From Candidatus Poribacteria bacterium (GTDB lineage: Bacteria > Poribacteria > WGA-4E > WGA-3G): a stretch of 64,000 nucleotides of DNA. Below the pieces are notes generated by a model that saw only the letters and a program-made list of their open reading frames with translations, did not search any database and had not been told where the DNA came from. The DNA lies in contig CBDBFU010000015.1 of assembly GCA_965205025.1 (NCBI GenBank), positions 224,001 through 288,000 of the forward strand, in the 5' to 3' direction. The position numbers were made by a program, and so were the translations under genes. Below are positions 1 to 10,400 of the stretch, in pieces. How positions within the stretch are numbered: position 1 is the stretch's first letter; each line of letters opens with the position of its first letter.

Positions 1-1276
1 AAGCAGCTGCTATGAGGGATACACCACTATGTGCTGCACCTTCCATACTCTTCAGAATGCCAGTAATTCCGATACGAGTCTGCCTATCAAATAAACTTAA
101 TATCAAGACAACAAGTAGACTCCAACTAACAGCTCGAAACGGTGTTGAACCTAATAATAGAAATCCAATTAATGTCAGAAAGGCAGCAATGAAAACTATT
201 CCCTGCATCAACGGTAGTTTTTCAGTCTGTGTTTCAGATTGTATATTTCCGTCTGTTTCATTATCTGCATGTGTCAAATCATTTGGTTGCTTTCGGATCT
301 GTTTTGCATAGAAATGAACAATTAGTAATAGGGCAGTATAATACAGGATTGCTGGTAATAAGGCAGCCTGAATAATCTGAAGATACGTGACAGAGGGTTC
401 GACAATTTCTAACATCATATACGCGCCTGCTCCCATAATCGGAGGAACTAAGGCACCACCAGAACTTGCTGCAGCTTCAACCCCTCCAGCTATTGGAGGT
501 TTAAAACCTACACCCCGCATCAATGGAATTGTGAAAGTACCTGTTGTTGCAGTATTTGCAACTGCTGACCCTGAGAGTGAACCCATCAGACCACTTGCGA
601 TGACAGCAACTTTTGCCGGACTACCTACACTATCACCAAATATCCTTCTGACAAAGCTTAGGATGTAATTTGTAGCACCTGTGCGTTCCAGAAATGCACC
701 AAACAGAACAAATAGAAACACATAGGTAAACATCACTCGAAGTGCTATACCGAAAGTTCCAGCATGAAGGAAGGTATGACTGATAATTCGTTGCAGTGAG
801 AATCCTCGATGCGGAAATAACCAATGTGGCATATACTGTCCAAATCCCGCATAGATGAGGAATACAGAAGAGAGAAGTGCAAGTGTAATCCCAACTGAAC
901 GACGAGTGGCTTCAAGGATTAATAGAATACCTACGCCACCTACCACAAAGTCAATAGGGTGTTCGTTAGAAACCCTATCCCCAAGGTAAATCCCTTTCAA
1001 CCATAATGATTTGAAAAATGGTTCAGTTTGAATTACTACATACCCGAAACAAACAATTACACATCCTACGAATACATAATCAAGGATTAGAAGTAATGAT
1101 TTATCTTCCAATTTCTTATGTATCGGATATTTCAGAAATACGACGATTAGACCCAACATGGCAAACAGAGCTAAAGCAGATTGAGGTCTCAATATAGGAT
1201 AATTAACTTCGGATAATATGAACAGACTTAGGAGAACTGCTACCGGTAAAATTAAGAGTTTTTTTATCTGTTTCAA
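1..1276 (-). CDS. TRAP transporter fused permease (4TM/12TM, TAXI-type), 3' end runs off the window
   Basis: Manual minus-strand translation from TTG at 1276 (or 1300): ...LILEATRRSVG...YVFLFVLFGAFLE...PAKVAVIASGLMGSLSGSAVANTATTGTFTIPLM...AGGVEAAASSGGALVPPIMGAGAYMM. These are DctM-fusion signature motifs. Absent from the ORF track, presumably because its stop lies outside the window. Confidence 0.9.
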   Translation of the reverse strand, partial: MKQIKKLLILPVAVLLSLFILSEVNYPILRPQSALALFAMLGLIVVFLKYPIHKKLEDKSLLLILDYVFVGCVIVCFGYVVIQTEPFFKSLWLKGIYLGDRVSNEHPIDFVVGGVGILLILEATRRSVGITLALLSSVFLIYAGFGQYMPHWLFPHRGFSLQRIISHTFLHAGTFGIALRVMFTYVFLFVLFGAFLERTGATNYILSFVRRIFGDSVGSPAKVAVIASGLMGSLSGSAVANTATTGTFTIPLMRGVGFKPPIAGGVEAAASSGGALVPPIMGAGAYMMLEIVEPSVTYLQIIQAALLPAILYYTALLLIVHFYAKQIRKQPNDLTHADNETDGNIQSETQTEKLPLMQGIVFIAAFLTLIGFLLLGSTPFRAVSWSLLVVLILSLFDRQTRIGITGILKSMEGAAHSGVSLIAAA

Positions 1277-1569
1277 GTGTGGAACGAACCTGTGTTTCAA
1301 TGACGAGTTTCGTTGGATTAAGGTATGGATTGGGAATTTTTGAATTACTAAATCCCACTGAGGGTTCAAGTAAGTTTAATAGAAACAAGGTATCATGTCA
1401 AATTAAATGGGTTATCTGAAATATAAAATAACCTGAGTTCAATGCAAGATAAATGTAGTTTTAACTCCTTAAATCCTGCCTTGAAAACAGCGTGTGAGAT
1501 GAATTTGTTAATCAAAGTATTCTGCGTGGATGTTGGGGTTCGGAACCCATTCCTACCAAGAGTTTAATG

Positions 1570-2583
1570 TTATTCAGTCAACGATCTACCTTTGAATACA
1601 GAATATAGATACCAGAAAGCGGGGATTAACAAGATCCCACCAATTATGATTATTATTAATACTGGTCTTAATACTGATTCAGGTGCTGCAGTATTTGAAA
1701 AAGTCAGATCGGGTGTAACCAGATATGGATACTGCGACAATCCCCAACCGAGTATGATGAGTGCAACCTGAATAGGAACTACAATACGTGCGAGTTGAAA
1801 ATGACGGTTCCAAATAGACCATATTCCAAGAATAGCGACAAGACCTGTGACAATATGAAATGGTATCGACCATTTCATATTGCCTAATCCTGCTCGTATA
1901 GCCGGAGCACCTTTGGTAGAAAGTAGGAAACTGATACCTGCCATGACACCTACACTGATTGTTGCGATCAGTGCACGTAAACGGAAGTCATCTTGTATAG
2001 ATGAATCTTCAGTTTCAAGTGTAAGATATACTGCAGCAAGCATAGCACAGATAGTTAGTGTAAACAAACCGATTGCAAACGGAAATGGTGCAAACCACGA
2101 AGAAATGAAGTCTGTCTGAATTTCAGCAGTTTCAGGATTGGCATGTATAGTTCCTGAAGCAATTGCTCCTAAAGTGATACCTAACATGATAGGTGTGATG
2201 ATACTCCCAATCGCAAAGAGCCGACTCCATCGAAGATGAACTCTGTCTGATTGATCGTCGTATGTTCGGAAGACAAATGCAGTCCCCCGTAATACAATTC
2301 CGATTAACATGAGCGTGAGTGGGATATGTAATGCTGTCCCAATAGTAGCAAATGCAACTGGGAACGCTACAAAAAGCAACACGACGATAACAATTAACCA
2401 CACATGGTTTGCCTCCCAAATTGGAGCGAGAGCATGATGTATGATGTCACGTTGAGTTTTCCCACGCTCTCCAATTGCAAACAGATCCCATACGCCTCCA
2501 CCGAAGTCAGCACCTCCGGTTAGCATGTATAGGATGAGTGAAATCAACATGATGATTGCAAGATATAATTCAAGACCCATCAT
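1570..2583 (-). CDS. cydB: Cytochrome bd ubiquinol oxidase subunit II
   Basis: GGADFGGG and PIWEANHVWLI motifs, multi-TM, directly downstream of cydA. Confidence 0.95.
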   Translation of the reverse strand: MMGLELYLAIIMLISLILYMLTGGADFGGGVWDLFAIGERGKTQRDIIHHALAPIWEANHVWLIVIVVLLFVAFPVAFATIGTALHIPLTLMLIGIVLRGTAFVFRTYDDQSDRVHLRWSRLFAIGSIITPIMLGITLGAIASGTIHANPETAEIQTDFISSWFAPFPFAIGLFTLTICAMLAAVYLTLETEDSSIQDDFRLRALIATISVGVMAGISFLLSTKGAPAIRAGLGNMKWSIPFHIVTGLVAILGIWSIWNRHFQLARIVVPIQVALIILGWGLSQYPYLVTPDLTFSNTAAPESVLRPVLIIIIIGGILLIPAFWYLYSVFKGRSLTE

Positions 2584-2638
2584 AGAATCCTATTCACCAC
2601 TCAGGAAATTGATATTAGAACATTGGATACTTACTTAT

Positions 2639-3928
2639 TCACTCATGGAACATCTGTCGGCGTAAGAGTATGACAACTACGATTGATAGGAATATGTAGA
2701 GTATTGTGAAACCGATGAAAGGTATAATCAGGTTTGGCATGGATGTAACAGCATCTTTAGTTTTCATAATGTTATATATTATCCAGGGTTGTCTTCCTAC
2801 CTCAGTGACTGTCCACCCAGCTTCTATAGCGATAAAACCGAGTGGAGAGCAAATTGTGACAAATCTGAGATACCAAGTTTGTGTTGGTAGTCCTTTCTTT
2901 TTCCATGCTAACCAACCCCCAAGAATACCAGCAATAATCATGACTATTCCACATGCTACCATAATCTGAAATGCAAAATGGACAATTACGACAGGAGGAC
3001 GATTTTCTTTCGGAACATCTTTGAGACCCATTATTTCAGAATTGGGATCAAAGTTCGCAAGAAAACTTAAGGCTTTTGGAATTTCTAAAGCATATCTTGT
3101 TTCTTCAGCGTCTTCATCCGGTATACCACCTATGCGAAGTGGTGCACCCCGTTCTGTTTCCCACTGTCCTTCCATTGCAGCAAGTTTTATGGGTTGGTAT
3201 TTTGCAAGACGTTTTGCACTAATATCACCTGAAATCGGTTGAAGAATTGCTACTACCCCTCCTACACTCAAGGCGATTGCAAATGCTTTACGATGAAATT
3301 GATTGTCTGGGTCACGTCTTAGAAAATATGCATGTATCCCTGCTACTGCAAATGCGACAGCAAGGAATGCCGCCAGTGTCATATGCAATGCTTGGGAAAA
3401 TGAAGAAGGATTCAACATAGCAGCAATAGGATCAATATTAGTCACTTTACCGTCAATGATAGAGAAACCTGTAGGAGTATTCATCCATGCGTTAGCAGTA
3501 ACAACGAATATGCCTGAAAACATACCACCTAATAAAACCATTATACCAGACAACCAATGGATTTTCCGCGGCACACGTTCCCAACCATATAAGTATATAC
3601 CAAGGAAAATTGCTTCAATAAAGAATGCTAATCCTTCAAGCGAAAATGGCATCCCAATAATTGGACCAGCATAAGCCATAAAGGTTGGCCACAGTAGACC
3701 TAATTCAAAGGAAAGTACTGTCCCAGATACTGCCCCCACAGCAAACATAATTGCCGTACCTTTGGACCAGCGTTTCGCTAAGGTGAGATAGGTATTGTCA
3801 CCTGTTCTCAACCATAATCCTTCAGCAATCACCATCAGCAAAGGCATTGCAATGCCGACACAAGCAAAGATAATGTGAAATCCGAGGGACATTGCCATTT
3901 GAAAACGAGCTGCTAATAGATCTTCCAT
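2639..3928 (-). CDS. cydA: Cytochrome bd ubiquinol oxidase subunit I
   Basis: ARFQMAMSLGFHIIF, EGLAFFIEAIF, Q-loop QPIKLAAMEG, EAGWTVTEVGRQPW. Confidence 0.96.
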   Translation of the reverse strand: MEDLLAARFQMAMSLGFHIIFACVGIAMPLLMVIAEGLWLRTGDNTYLTLAKRWSKGTAIMFAVGAVSGTVLSFELGLLWPTFMAYAGPIIGMPFSLEGLAFFIEAIFLGIYLYGWERVPRKIHWLSGIMVLLGGMFSGIFVVTANAWMNTPTGFSIIDGKVTNIDPIAAMLNPSSFSQALHMTLAAFLAVAFAVAGIHAYFLRRDPDNQFHRKAFAIALSVGGVVAILQPISGDISAKRLAKYQPIKLAAMEGQWETERGAPLRIGGIPDEDAEETRYALEIPKALSFLANFDPNSEIMGLKDVPKENRPPVVIVHFAFQIMVACGIVMIIAGILGGWLAWKKKGLPTQTWYLRFVTICSPLGFIAIEAGWTVTEVGRQPWIIYNIMKTKDAVTSMPNLIIPFIGFTILYIFLSIVVVILLRRQMFHE

Positions 3929-3951
3929 AATATACCCATCGATTATCTAAA

Positions 3952-4015
3952 TATATTGTGAGTTCAATGTTAGAAAATGAAGTTTTAATATATCATAAGT
4001 CAAACTCACAATATA
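3952..4015. repeat. 13-bp perfect inverted repeat upstream of cydA (tiny MITE or operator)
   Basis: TATATTGTGAGTT (3952-3964) ... AACTCACAATATA (4003-4015). Confidence 0.6.
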
Positions 4016-4065
4016 GTAGAATACTTGTATATCAATTACACCATGTACTATAAACAAACTCCAAT

Positions 4066-4091
4066 AAAAAAGGCGGGTTATGAACCCGCCT
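4066..4091 (-). terminator. Rho-independent terminator after the PhyH gene
   Basis: Stem AGGCGGGTT/AACCCGCCT followed by a T-run on the minus strand. Confidence 0.8.
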
Positions 4092-4107
4092 GATAGTTTA
4101 GGATAGA

Positions 4108-4947
4108 TTACGCTACCCACGGTTCGAGACCGAGAAGTTTCTTACCTAAAGGAGTCAATACTGCAGTTGTACCTTCATGGTGTTCTTTCTCTTTCTGATT
4201 CTTTCCAAGTCCTGTCAACCGTTCACGCCAACCTTGGACTCTACCTTCATGAGTATCTCTACCTTCATTTGGTGCAGGTGACATTGTGATATATTGTGCC
4301 ATTCGTGGACGAACTGCTGAATTTGGACTGCTACCATGTGGTAAGGCACTATGCCATATAACAAGATCTCCTGCTTTTCCGGCTACTGGAACAGCTTTAT
4401 CTTGAAATTGTTCTCGGACGCTCTGTCCAGGGTTAGCATCTGAAGGCAGGTTGTTTAGCCAATCTTCCAATGTGAGATGAAATCCTGGAACACAGGTAAA
4501 TGCTCCTTGATTACCTGGTGTATCTGCCAAATATAAAACACCTTGCACTCTCAGTGTTACAGGCATGCTGTCTAAGGACATATCCCAATGTAAATAGGGT
4601 CCAGTAAACTTCCAATCATCTCGTTCAGGAGGGTTCATACTTGCTCTATCAAAGCTGACCAAGAGTTTTTCAGTTCCCCATATTTCTGAAAAAGCCTGAT
4701 GAACACGAGGATATTGGCGGTTATCCCATAAAGTTTGATGTTGATATATCTCGACCATGATGCTTCTTCTTGGAGGGTCTGGATACCAACTATCCGTATT
4801 ATCACGGTCCATTTCGAGGAAATCCCAAACTGCTTGTTCCGCAGCACGACAATTCTCGGGTGGTACTGCTTCTCGAACAACTACGTAACCATTTTCTTCC
4901 CAAAATTCAAGATCTTCTTTACTTAATACAGGCATACAAATCTCCAA
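4108..4947 (-). CDS. Phytanoyl-CoA dioxygenase (PhyH) family Fe(II)/2OG dioxygenase
   Basis: FWEENGYVVV N-terminus, HWD and WHSALPHGSSPN facial-triad motifs. Confidence 0.88.
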   Translation of the reverse strand: MEICMPVLSKEDLEFWEENGYVVVREAVPPENCRAAEQAVWDFLEMDRDNTDSWYPDPPRRSIMVEIYQHQTLWDNRQYPRVHQAFSEIWGTEKLLVSFDRASMNPPERDDWKFTGPYLHWDMSLDSMPVTLRVQGVLYLADTPGNQGAFTCVPGFHLTLEDWLNNLPSDANPGQSVREQFQDKAVPVAGKAGDLVIWHSALPHGSSPNSAVRPRMAQYITMSPAPNEGRDTHEGRVQGWRERLTGLGKNQKEKEHHEGTTAVLTPLGKKLLGLEPWVA

Positions 4948-5024
4948 TTATGAAAGATAGTTTGAATCTAATTACAGACAGATTATTATGTTATCTGAGT
5001 AATCTTTACATTTAGATGTGAATG

Positions 5025-5709
5025 CTATTCTATGAAATGCTTGCGTGCATATTTAAGTCGTTCAGGGACTCCTATATCTATCCACTCAGTATCCACTTTG
5101 TAGACGTAGAGGTTTTGCAAGTTTGGAAACACATCGCGTTCAATTGAGAACACTTCTTTATCGGGAAATGCATCAATAATACTGTGATTAAACAAGAAGA
5201 TAGCACCATTTGCACACCCGGGACGATTAACCTGCTGTTTTTCACGAAACTGAGTTATACGTCCTTTGTTATCGGCAACTATTTCTCCATAGGATGAAAG
5301 GTCAGAGACAGATATACCAAGTAATAATCCGTCCATCTCTGGAAGTAGGTAAGATACCATGTTTTTTAGGGAAAAACCTTTTAATAGAATATCACCGTGT
5401 AGAACAAAAACAGGAAAATCTTCGACGAATTGGAAGGCGTTCTGAATTGCCCCACCTGTCCCAAGTGGTTTATCCTCTTTTGCGTACCGAATTTTTATAC
5501 CATCCAGATTCTCCCCAACTCGTGAATATATTACATCATGTAAATGTCCAGAAGCAAGGATGACTTCACTAACACCAGCCTTTGATAATAGATCTATCTG
5601 CCAGTTTAATACAGTTCGGTTTCCTATTGTCAGTAAGATTTTAGGTGTTTTCTTAGTAGCTTTACCCAGTCTTGTTGGAGAGTCCTCCACAAAGGATAAT
5701 CGCTTGCAT
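5025..5709 (-). CDS. Sugar-phosphate nucleotidyltransferase (mannose-1-P guanylyltransferase-like); +1 frameshift near 5675
   Basis: ATG at 5709 reads MQAIILCGGLS; removing one A restores TRLG...TPK. Also EDKPLGTGGA and WIDIG motifs. Confidence 0.85.
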
Positions 5710-5873
5710 TACAGAATTCCTTGATAGAGAATAGTGTGGTTTCCTTCAATTGATATATGTAGATCTGTGTAGTTAGTACAACATGCTGACTAACACGATG
5801 TTCAGTTCTGCAGTAAACTGAACAGTCAACATTTTAAAATATCAATATTAAACCACACTATGTGAGGTTAACT

Positions 5874-6251
5874 TCAGGGATAATTAAATTCAAATGCGCT
5901 TTTAATCTGTTCAAGACGAAGTAGTTCGAGATCTCGGGTTAACTGTATCGCAATAACATCAAAACGACAAGACGTATCTATTAGGTTATGTTTTTGTAAA
6001 TAGGCTAATGCAATTTTTGAAATTTGTCTTTGTTTCTGTTCAGTCACAGCAGATTGTGGTAACCCATACTTCAGGCTGCGACGCGTCTTGACTTCAACAA
6101 AAACTATCCGTTCTTCATGCTTAGCGATAATATCAATTTCACCACGTTGAAATCGATAATTCTCTGCAAGTATCTGATATCCTTGTGTCTTTAGATGTTG
6201 TACAGCAAGTTTCTCACCAATTTTAGCAATGTTCTGTAATGAAGGATGCAT
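5874..6251 (-). CDS. yraN: YraN family (UPF0102) nuclease-like protein
   Basis: GEIDIIA...FVEVKTR, CRFDVIAI; conserved position after rnhB. Confidence 0.92.
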   Translation of the reverse strand: MHPSLQNIAKIGEKLAVQHLKTQGYQILAENYRFQRGEIDIIAKHEERIVFVEVKTRRSLKYGLPQSAVTEQKQRQISKIALAYLQKHNLIDTSCRFDVIAIQLTRDLELLRLEQIKSAFEFNYP

Positions 6252-6292
6252 CCATCTTCCTAAATCATAGATATTACATTCGGGAGGGTCTA

Positions 6293-6883
6293 CTATTCTA
6301 CATATAATTTGAATGATTTTCTGTGAATATCTGTTGGACCGAATTTGACAATTGCACGCCGGTGCAGGACAGTAGGATATCCTTTATGTTGTGGGAAACA
6401 GTATTCTGGATAAATACTATCAAATTCAATCATGAGTCTATCACGTGTTGTTTTTGCCACAATAGAAGCAGCTGCAATAGACACACTAAGATTATCACCT
6501 TTTGGAATAGCTTCTCCAGAAATATGGGAATCTGGCATTTTTGAACCATCAACAAGTAGATAGTCTGGTTGATGAGCAAGTTGTGCTACTGCCTTATTCA
6601 TTGCTTGAAGTGTTGCCTGTAGGATATTTATCTCGTCAATTGTATGATTATCTGTTATACCTACTCCCACTGAAATTGCTTTAGATTTTATTACATCTAC
6701 CAGAACGTTTCGCTGTTTAGCTGTCAATTGTTTAGAATCTTTTAAACCCTCAAATTGACATTCAGCAGGTAATATAACTGCTGCAGCAACTACAGGTCCC
6801 GCTAACGCTCCTCTACCTGCTTCATCAATTCCGGCTATGTTCTTATAACCTTTATTTAGACATGCACGTTCGTATGCATACAT
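6293..6883 (-). CDS. rnhB: Ribonuclease HII
   Basis: GIDEAGRGALAGPVVAAA, DSK, KGD..S.SIAAASIVAK, HKGYPT. Confidence 0.96.
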   Translation of the reverse strand: MYAYERACLNKGYKNIAGIDEAGRGALAGPVVAAAVILPAECQFEGLKDSKQLTAKQRNVLVDVIKSKAISVGVGITDNHTIDEINILQATLQAMNKAVAQLAHQPDYLLVDGSKMPDSHISGEAIPKGDNLSVSIAAASIVAKTTRDRLMIEFDSIYPEYCFPQHKGYPTVLHRRAIVKFGPTDIHRKSFKLYVE

Positions 6884-6898
6884 TCATATTCCATGTGA

Positions 6899-7243
6899 TT
6901 ATCTTCTTTCTTCTCTGACGCGAGCAGACCTACCTGTACGATCTCGTAAATAGTATAATTTCGCACGGCGAACAGAACCATATCTGACTACACTGATACT
7001 TTCAATATTCGGTGAATGTAAAGGAAATGTCCTTTCACTTCCGGTTCCGAAAGCTACTCTTCGTACAGTAAAAGACGCTCGAGTACCACTATGGGCACGA
7101 CGAATTACCGTTCCTTCATAAGCCTGAATTCGTTCTTTTTGTCCTTCTCGTATTCGGGTATTCACCCGTACAATGTCCCCTGGACCAAAGTTTGGAATAT
7201 TATCTTTTACATATTGGTTTTCAACAGACTGAATCAAGTTCAT
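6899..7243 (-). CDS. rplS: 50S ribosomal protein L19
   Basis: RIQAYEG, ERTFPLHSP, VRRAKLYYLR. Confidence 0.97.
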   Translation of the reverse strand: MNLIQSVENQYVKDNIPNFGPGDIVRVNTRIREGQKERIQAYEGTVIRRAHSGTRASFTVRRVAFGTGSERTFPLHSPNIESISVVRYGSVRRAKLYYLRDRTGRSARVREERR

Positions 7244-7321
7244 TGTTCTCTCCTCCTTTCAATTCTTATCATATATCAAGACTATGATAAGGTATTTGAT
7301 TCCTCTTCTAAATGAATGTTA

Positions 7322-8047
7322 TTAACAGTGCTCGTTTTCCTTAAGGATATCAAGCTCCTCATCAGTCAATTCAAGATTTTTTATTATATCTGGACGCCGC
7401 TCAGCAGTCCGTTTTACTGACTGGGAATAACGCCATTTTTTTATGTTCTCGTGATGACCACTTAATAGAACATTGGGAACTTTCATACCTTCAATTTCAA
7501 TTGGCCGTGTGTAATGGGGGTGATCAAGAAAATCCTTACTGAAAGAATCTTCGTGGGCAGATTCAAAGTCCCCTAATGCTCCAGGTAATACGCGACCGAT
7601 AGCATCAATAAGAACAAGAGCAGCTATTTCTCCACCACTCAAGACATAATCCCCAATTGATATTTCTTTAGTGACTATTTTCTCTCGTATTCGCTCATCT
7701 ATTCCTTTATAACGACCACAGATGAAAATCAAATGGGTTTTTATAGATAATCCTTCAACCACAGATTGAGTCAACGGAACACCCTGAGGCGTTAAATAGA
7801 TAATATCAGTATCCTCAGTAGGGTGCATCGCTGAAACAGCTGAAAAGATAGGTTCAGGTTTCAGTATCATTCCTGCCCCACCACCATAAGGATAATCATC
7901 AACAGTTCTGTGACGATCCGTTGCCCAATCTCTTATGTTGTATATGTTTACAACGAGTTCTCCAGACTCCAGTATACGTTTTAAAATACCGGCTTGAAGT
8001 GCAGGTGTGATTATCTCTGGAAATAGCGTAAGTACATCCATTTTCAT
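7322..8047 (-). CDS. trmD: tRNA (guanine-N1)-methyltransferase
   Basis: VDDYPYGGGAGM, CGRYKGIDER, SIGDYVLSGGE, PHYTRP. Confidence 0.97.
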   Translation of the reverse strand: MKMDVLTLFPEIITPALQAGILKRILESGELVVNIYNIRDWATDRHRTVDDYPYGGGAGMILKPEPIFSAVSAMHPTEDTDIIYLTPQGVPLTQSVVEGLSIKTHLIFICGRYKGIDERIREKIVTKEISIGDYVLSGGEIAALVLIDAIGRVLPGALGDFESAHEDSFSKDFLDHPHYTRPIEIEGMKVPNVLLSGHHENIKKWRYSQSVKRTAERRPDIIKNLELTDEELDILKENEHC

Positions 8048-8059
8048 TACGCTATCCTG

Positions 8060-8317
8060 TTATTCATTATCTATAGATCTTTGTTCTTCAATTAGTTCAA
8101 GAATTACCTTCTTGTTTGCTTTTAAACCCGCGGTGTATAGAATATTTCTAATTGCCTTTAGTGTCCTTCCATATCTTCCAATAATCTTACCTAATTCAGA
8201 ATCTGGAACACTCAATTCAACAACGACAACCTTTTCCCCAATCACTTCGCGTACTTCTACATTCTCAGGATTATCTACTAAAGCCTTTACGATGTATTCA
8301 ATAAGATCTTTGAACAT
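8060..8317 (-). CDS. khpA: KH domain RNA-binding protein
   Basis: IVKALVDNP, GKIIGRYGRT; canonical position after rpsP. Confidence 0.9.
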   Translation of the reverse strand: MFKDLIEYIVKALVDNPENVEVREVIGEKVVVVELSVPDSELGKIIGRYGRTLKAIRNILYTAGLKANKKVILELIEEQRSIDNE

Positions 8318-8453
8318 AACATACTTTCTGGAATGTAAAAGTGGATTGATGTGTGAAGATTAGATGCTTGACAGATACAGTAGATTACACTCATCAGACT
8401 GATCAACATACAGGAATTCAAAAATCTTATAGATGCTATATTTGGATTATAGA

Positions 8454-8825
8454 TTATTCTTCTTCAGAAACATCAGGAGAATCCTCATTTTCAGATTCAA
8501 CTATTTCATCATTAACGGCTTCTTCTACTGGTTCTGTTTCATCTTCAGGCAATGGACGTCCAAGTTTCTCATAGGTAAATTTCTTCCAAATACCACTCTG
8601 AGATAGTAGCCTTTTAGCTGTATCGGTCGGTTGAGCACCATTTCTCAACCATTTTAGTGCTTTTTCTTCATCTATAACTACATCAGCAGGTTCGGTTAAT
8701 GGGTTATAATGACCTAACCGTTCTAAAAAAACGCCATCTCTTGATGCTCTAACATCAGCAGCAACAAGTCGATAAAATGGACGTTTCTTCCTGCCATGTC
8801 GCTGTAATCTAATTTTAACTGCCAA
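8454..8825 (-). CDS. rpsP: 30S ribosomal protein S16 with acidic C-terminal tail
   Basis: [31 protein letters not shown]; TTG start. Confidence 0.97.
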   Translation of the reverse strand: MAVKIRLQRHGRKKRPFYRLVAADVRASRDGVFLERLGHYNPLTEPADVVIDEEKALKWLRNGAQPTDTAKRLLSQSGIWKKFTYEKLGRPLPEDETEPVEEAVNDEIVESENEDSPDVSEEE

Positions 8826-8895
8826 AAAATACCTCCAGGTATATCAATTCAATTTTCACTCCAACTTAGAGTGATAGAGTAGTCATCCTTTAAAA

Positions 8896-10286
8896 TTATT
8901 TCCGTTTTCTTCGTTTTCGTGGTTTTCTTGATTTTTTCTGAATGCGGGAACTCATACCTATCTTCTGACCCATCTGTGGTATACCCATTGATGTTTGTTG
9001 ACTCAACATGTTATTCATCATTCTTAATTGAGAAACCAATTGATTGACTTGATTTACTGTTGTGCCACTCCCTCTTGATATGCGTGCTTTACGGCTTCGA
9101 TCCAAGAGTTGTGGGTTATTTCGTTCTGCAGGAGTCATGGATTGAATCATGGCTTTTGCATATTTCAGATGGTCTTCATCAGGTTTTAAATCTTTTACAG
9201 GTAATTGATTCTTAAAAGGCACAAGATCTAACAATTGGTCAAGGGGTCCCATATTTTTTATTTGTTCAAGTTGTGTAAGAAAATCGTTAAAATTTAACCC
9301 CTTTTTCTCTGTAAGTTTGCGTTCTAATTCCTTGGCTTGATCTTCATTGAAGACAGCTTCAGCCTTTTCCATCAGAGTTTGGACATCCCCTTGTCCTATT
9401 ATCCGAGAAGCCATTCGCTCAGGGTGAAATTCTTCAAGAGCTGATGCCTCAATTTTTTCTCCAACCCCAATGTATTTGATAGGCTTTTCAGTAACCGAAC
9501 GAATGGAAAGATGCTGCACCCCCTCGAGCATCCCCATCCATTTTTGTGAGGATTACACCGTCTATATCCAAATCAGAATTAAAATTCTCAGCCACATTCA
9601 CTGCATCTTGACCTGTCATAGCATCAACAACAAGCAAGATCTCTGTTGGATTAACTGCTTCCTTGATAGATCGGAGTTCTCCCATGAGAGTATCATCAAT
9701 ATGGAGACGTCCTGCTGTATCAATGATGACAAAGTCATTTCCTTGTGACATTGCATCTTTAACAGCATCCTTGGCAATTTCGACTGGTGAAACATCGGTA
9801 CCACGTGAGAAGATAGGTGTATCAATCTGCTCCCCAAGTAATTCAAGCTGCTTGATTGCTGCCGGTCTGTATACATCGGCTGCAACCAGTATAGGATTTC
9901 GACCATCTTTACGGAACTTTAGTGCTAATTTTGCAGCTACAGTTGTCTTACCGGCACCCTGTAAACCGGATAGCATGACTATCGTAGGACCATTAGATGC
10001 TATCTGAATCTTCTCAGATTCCACACCCATTAAAGCAGTCAATTCTTCCTTGATTATCTTAGCTATTTGAAGTTCTGGGGTTAGACTCCCCATCACCTCT
10101 TGACCGAGTGCTCTTTCTTTTATACTATCAATAAAGTCACGTGTGACTTTATAGTTGACATCAGCTTCTAAGAAAGCGCGGCGCACATCACGTAGAGAAT
10201 CCGAGATATTATTCTCAGTTAATTTTCCCTTGTCCCTTTATCTTTTTAAAGGTGTTCTGTAATCGGTCACTTAAGCTCTCAAACAT
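8896..10286 (-). CDS. ffh: Signal recognition particle protein Ffh (two +1 frameshifts near 10224 and 9511, probably assembly errors)
   Basis: ATG at 10286 [10 protein letters not shown]; [38 protein letters not shown]-domain [11 protein letters not shown]; split across three reading segments. Confidence 0.95.
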
Positions 10287-10324
10287 GTCTTTGCGTCCTT
10301 TAGCGGTGTGAAATTAATTAAAGT

Positions 10325-10353
10325 ATTATAGCAAGAATTATAGTCTCTGTCAA
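10325..10353 (-). promoter_or_regulatory. Consensus sigma70 promoter of the ffh operon
   Basis: Minus strand TTGACA-17 bp-TATAAT. Confidence 0.85.
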
Positions 10354-10365
10354 GTTTTTTTGGAC

Positions 10366-10394
10366 TTGACAGAGACCGTTTTCTGTGGTAAAAA
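10366..10394 (+). promoter_or_regulatory. Divergent sigma70-like promoter
   Basis: TTGACA-17 bp-(TGG)TAAAAA, 6 nt before ATG at 10401. Confidence 0.55.
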
Positions 10395-10400
10395 CATGGT

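Noticed and set aside
12-1388. Small ORFs at 12-311, 387-668, 633-824 and 1203-1388
   Set aside because: They overlap the TRAP permease in other frames or on the opposite strand
8896-10286. ffh as a true pseudogene or programmed frameshift
   Set aside because: Essential gene with intact motifs inside a zone of many +1 insertions; assembly error is more parsimonious
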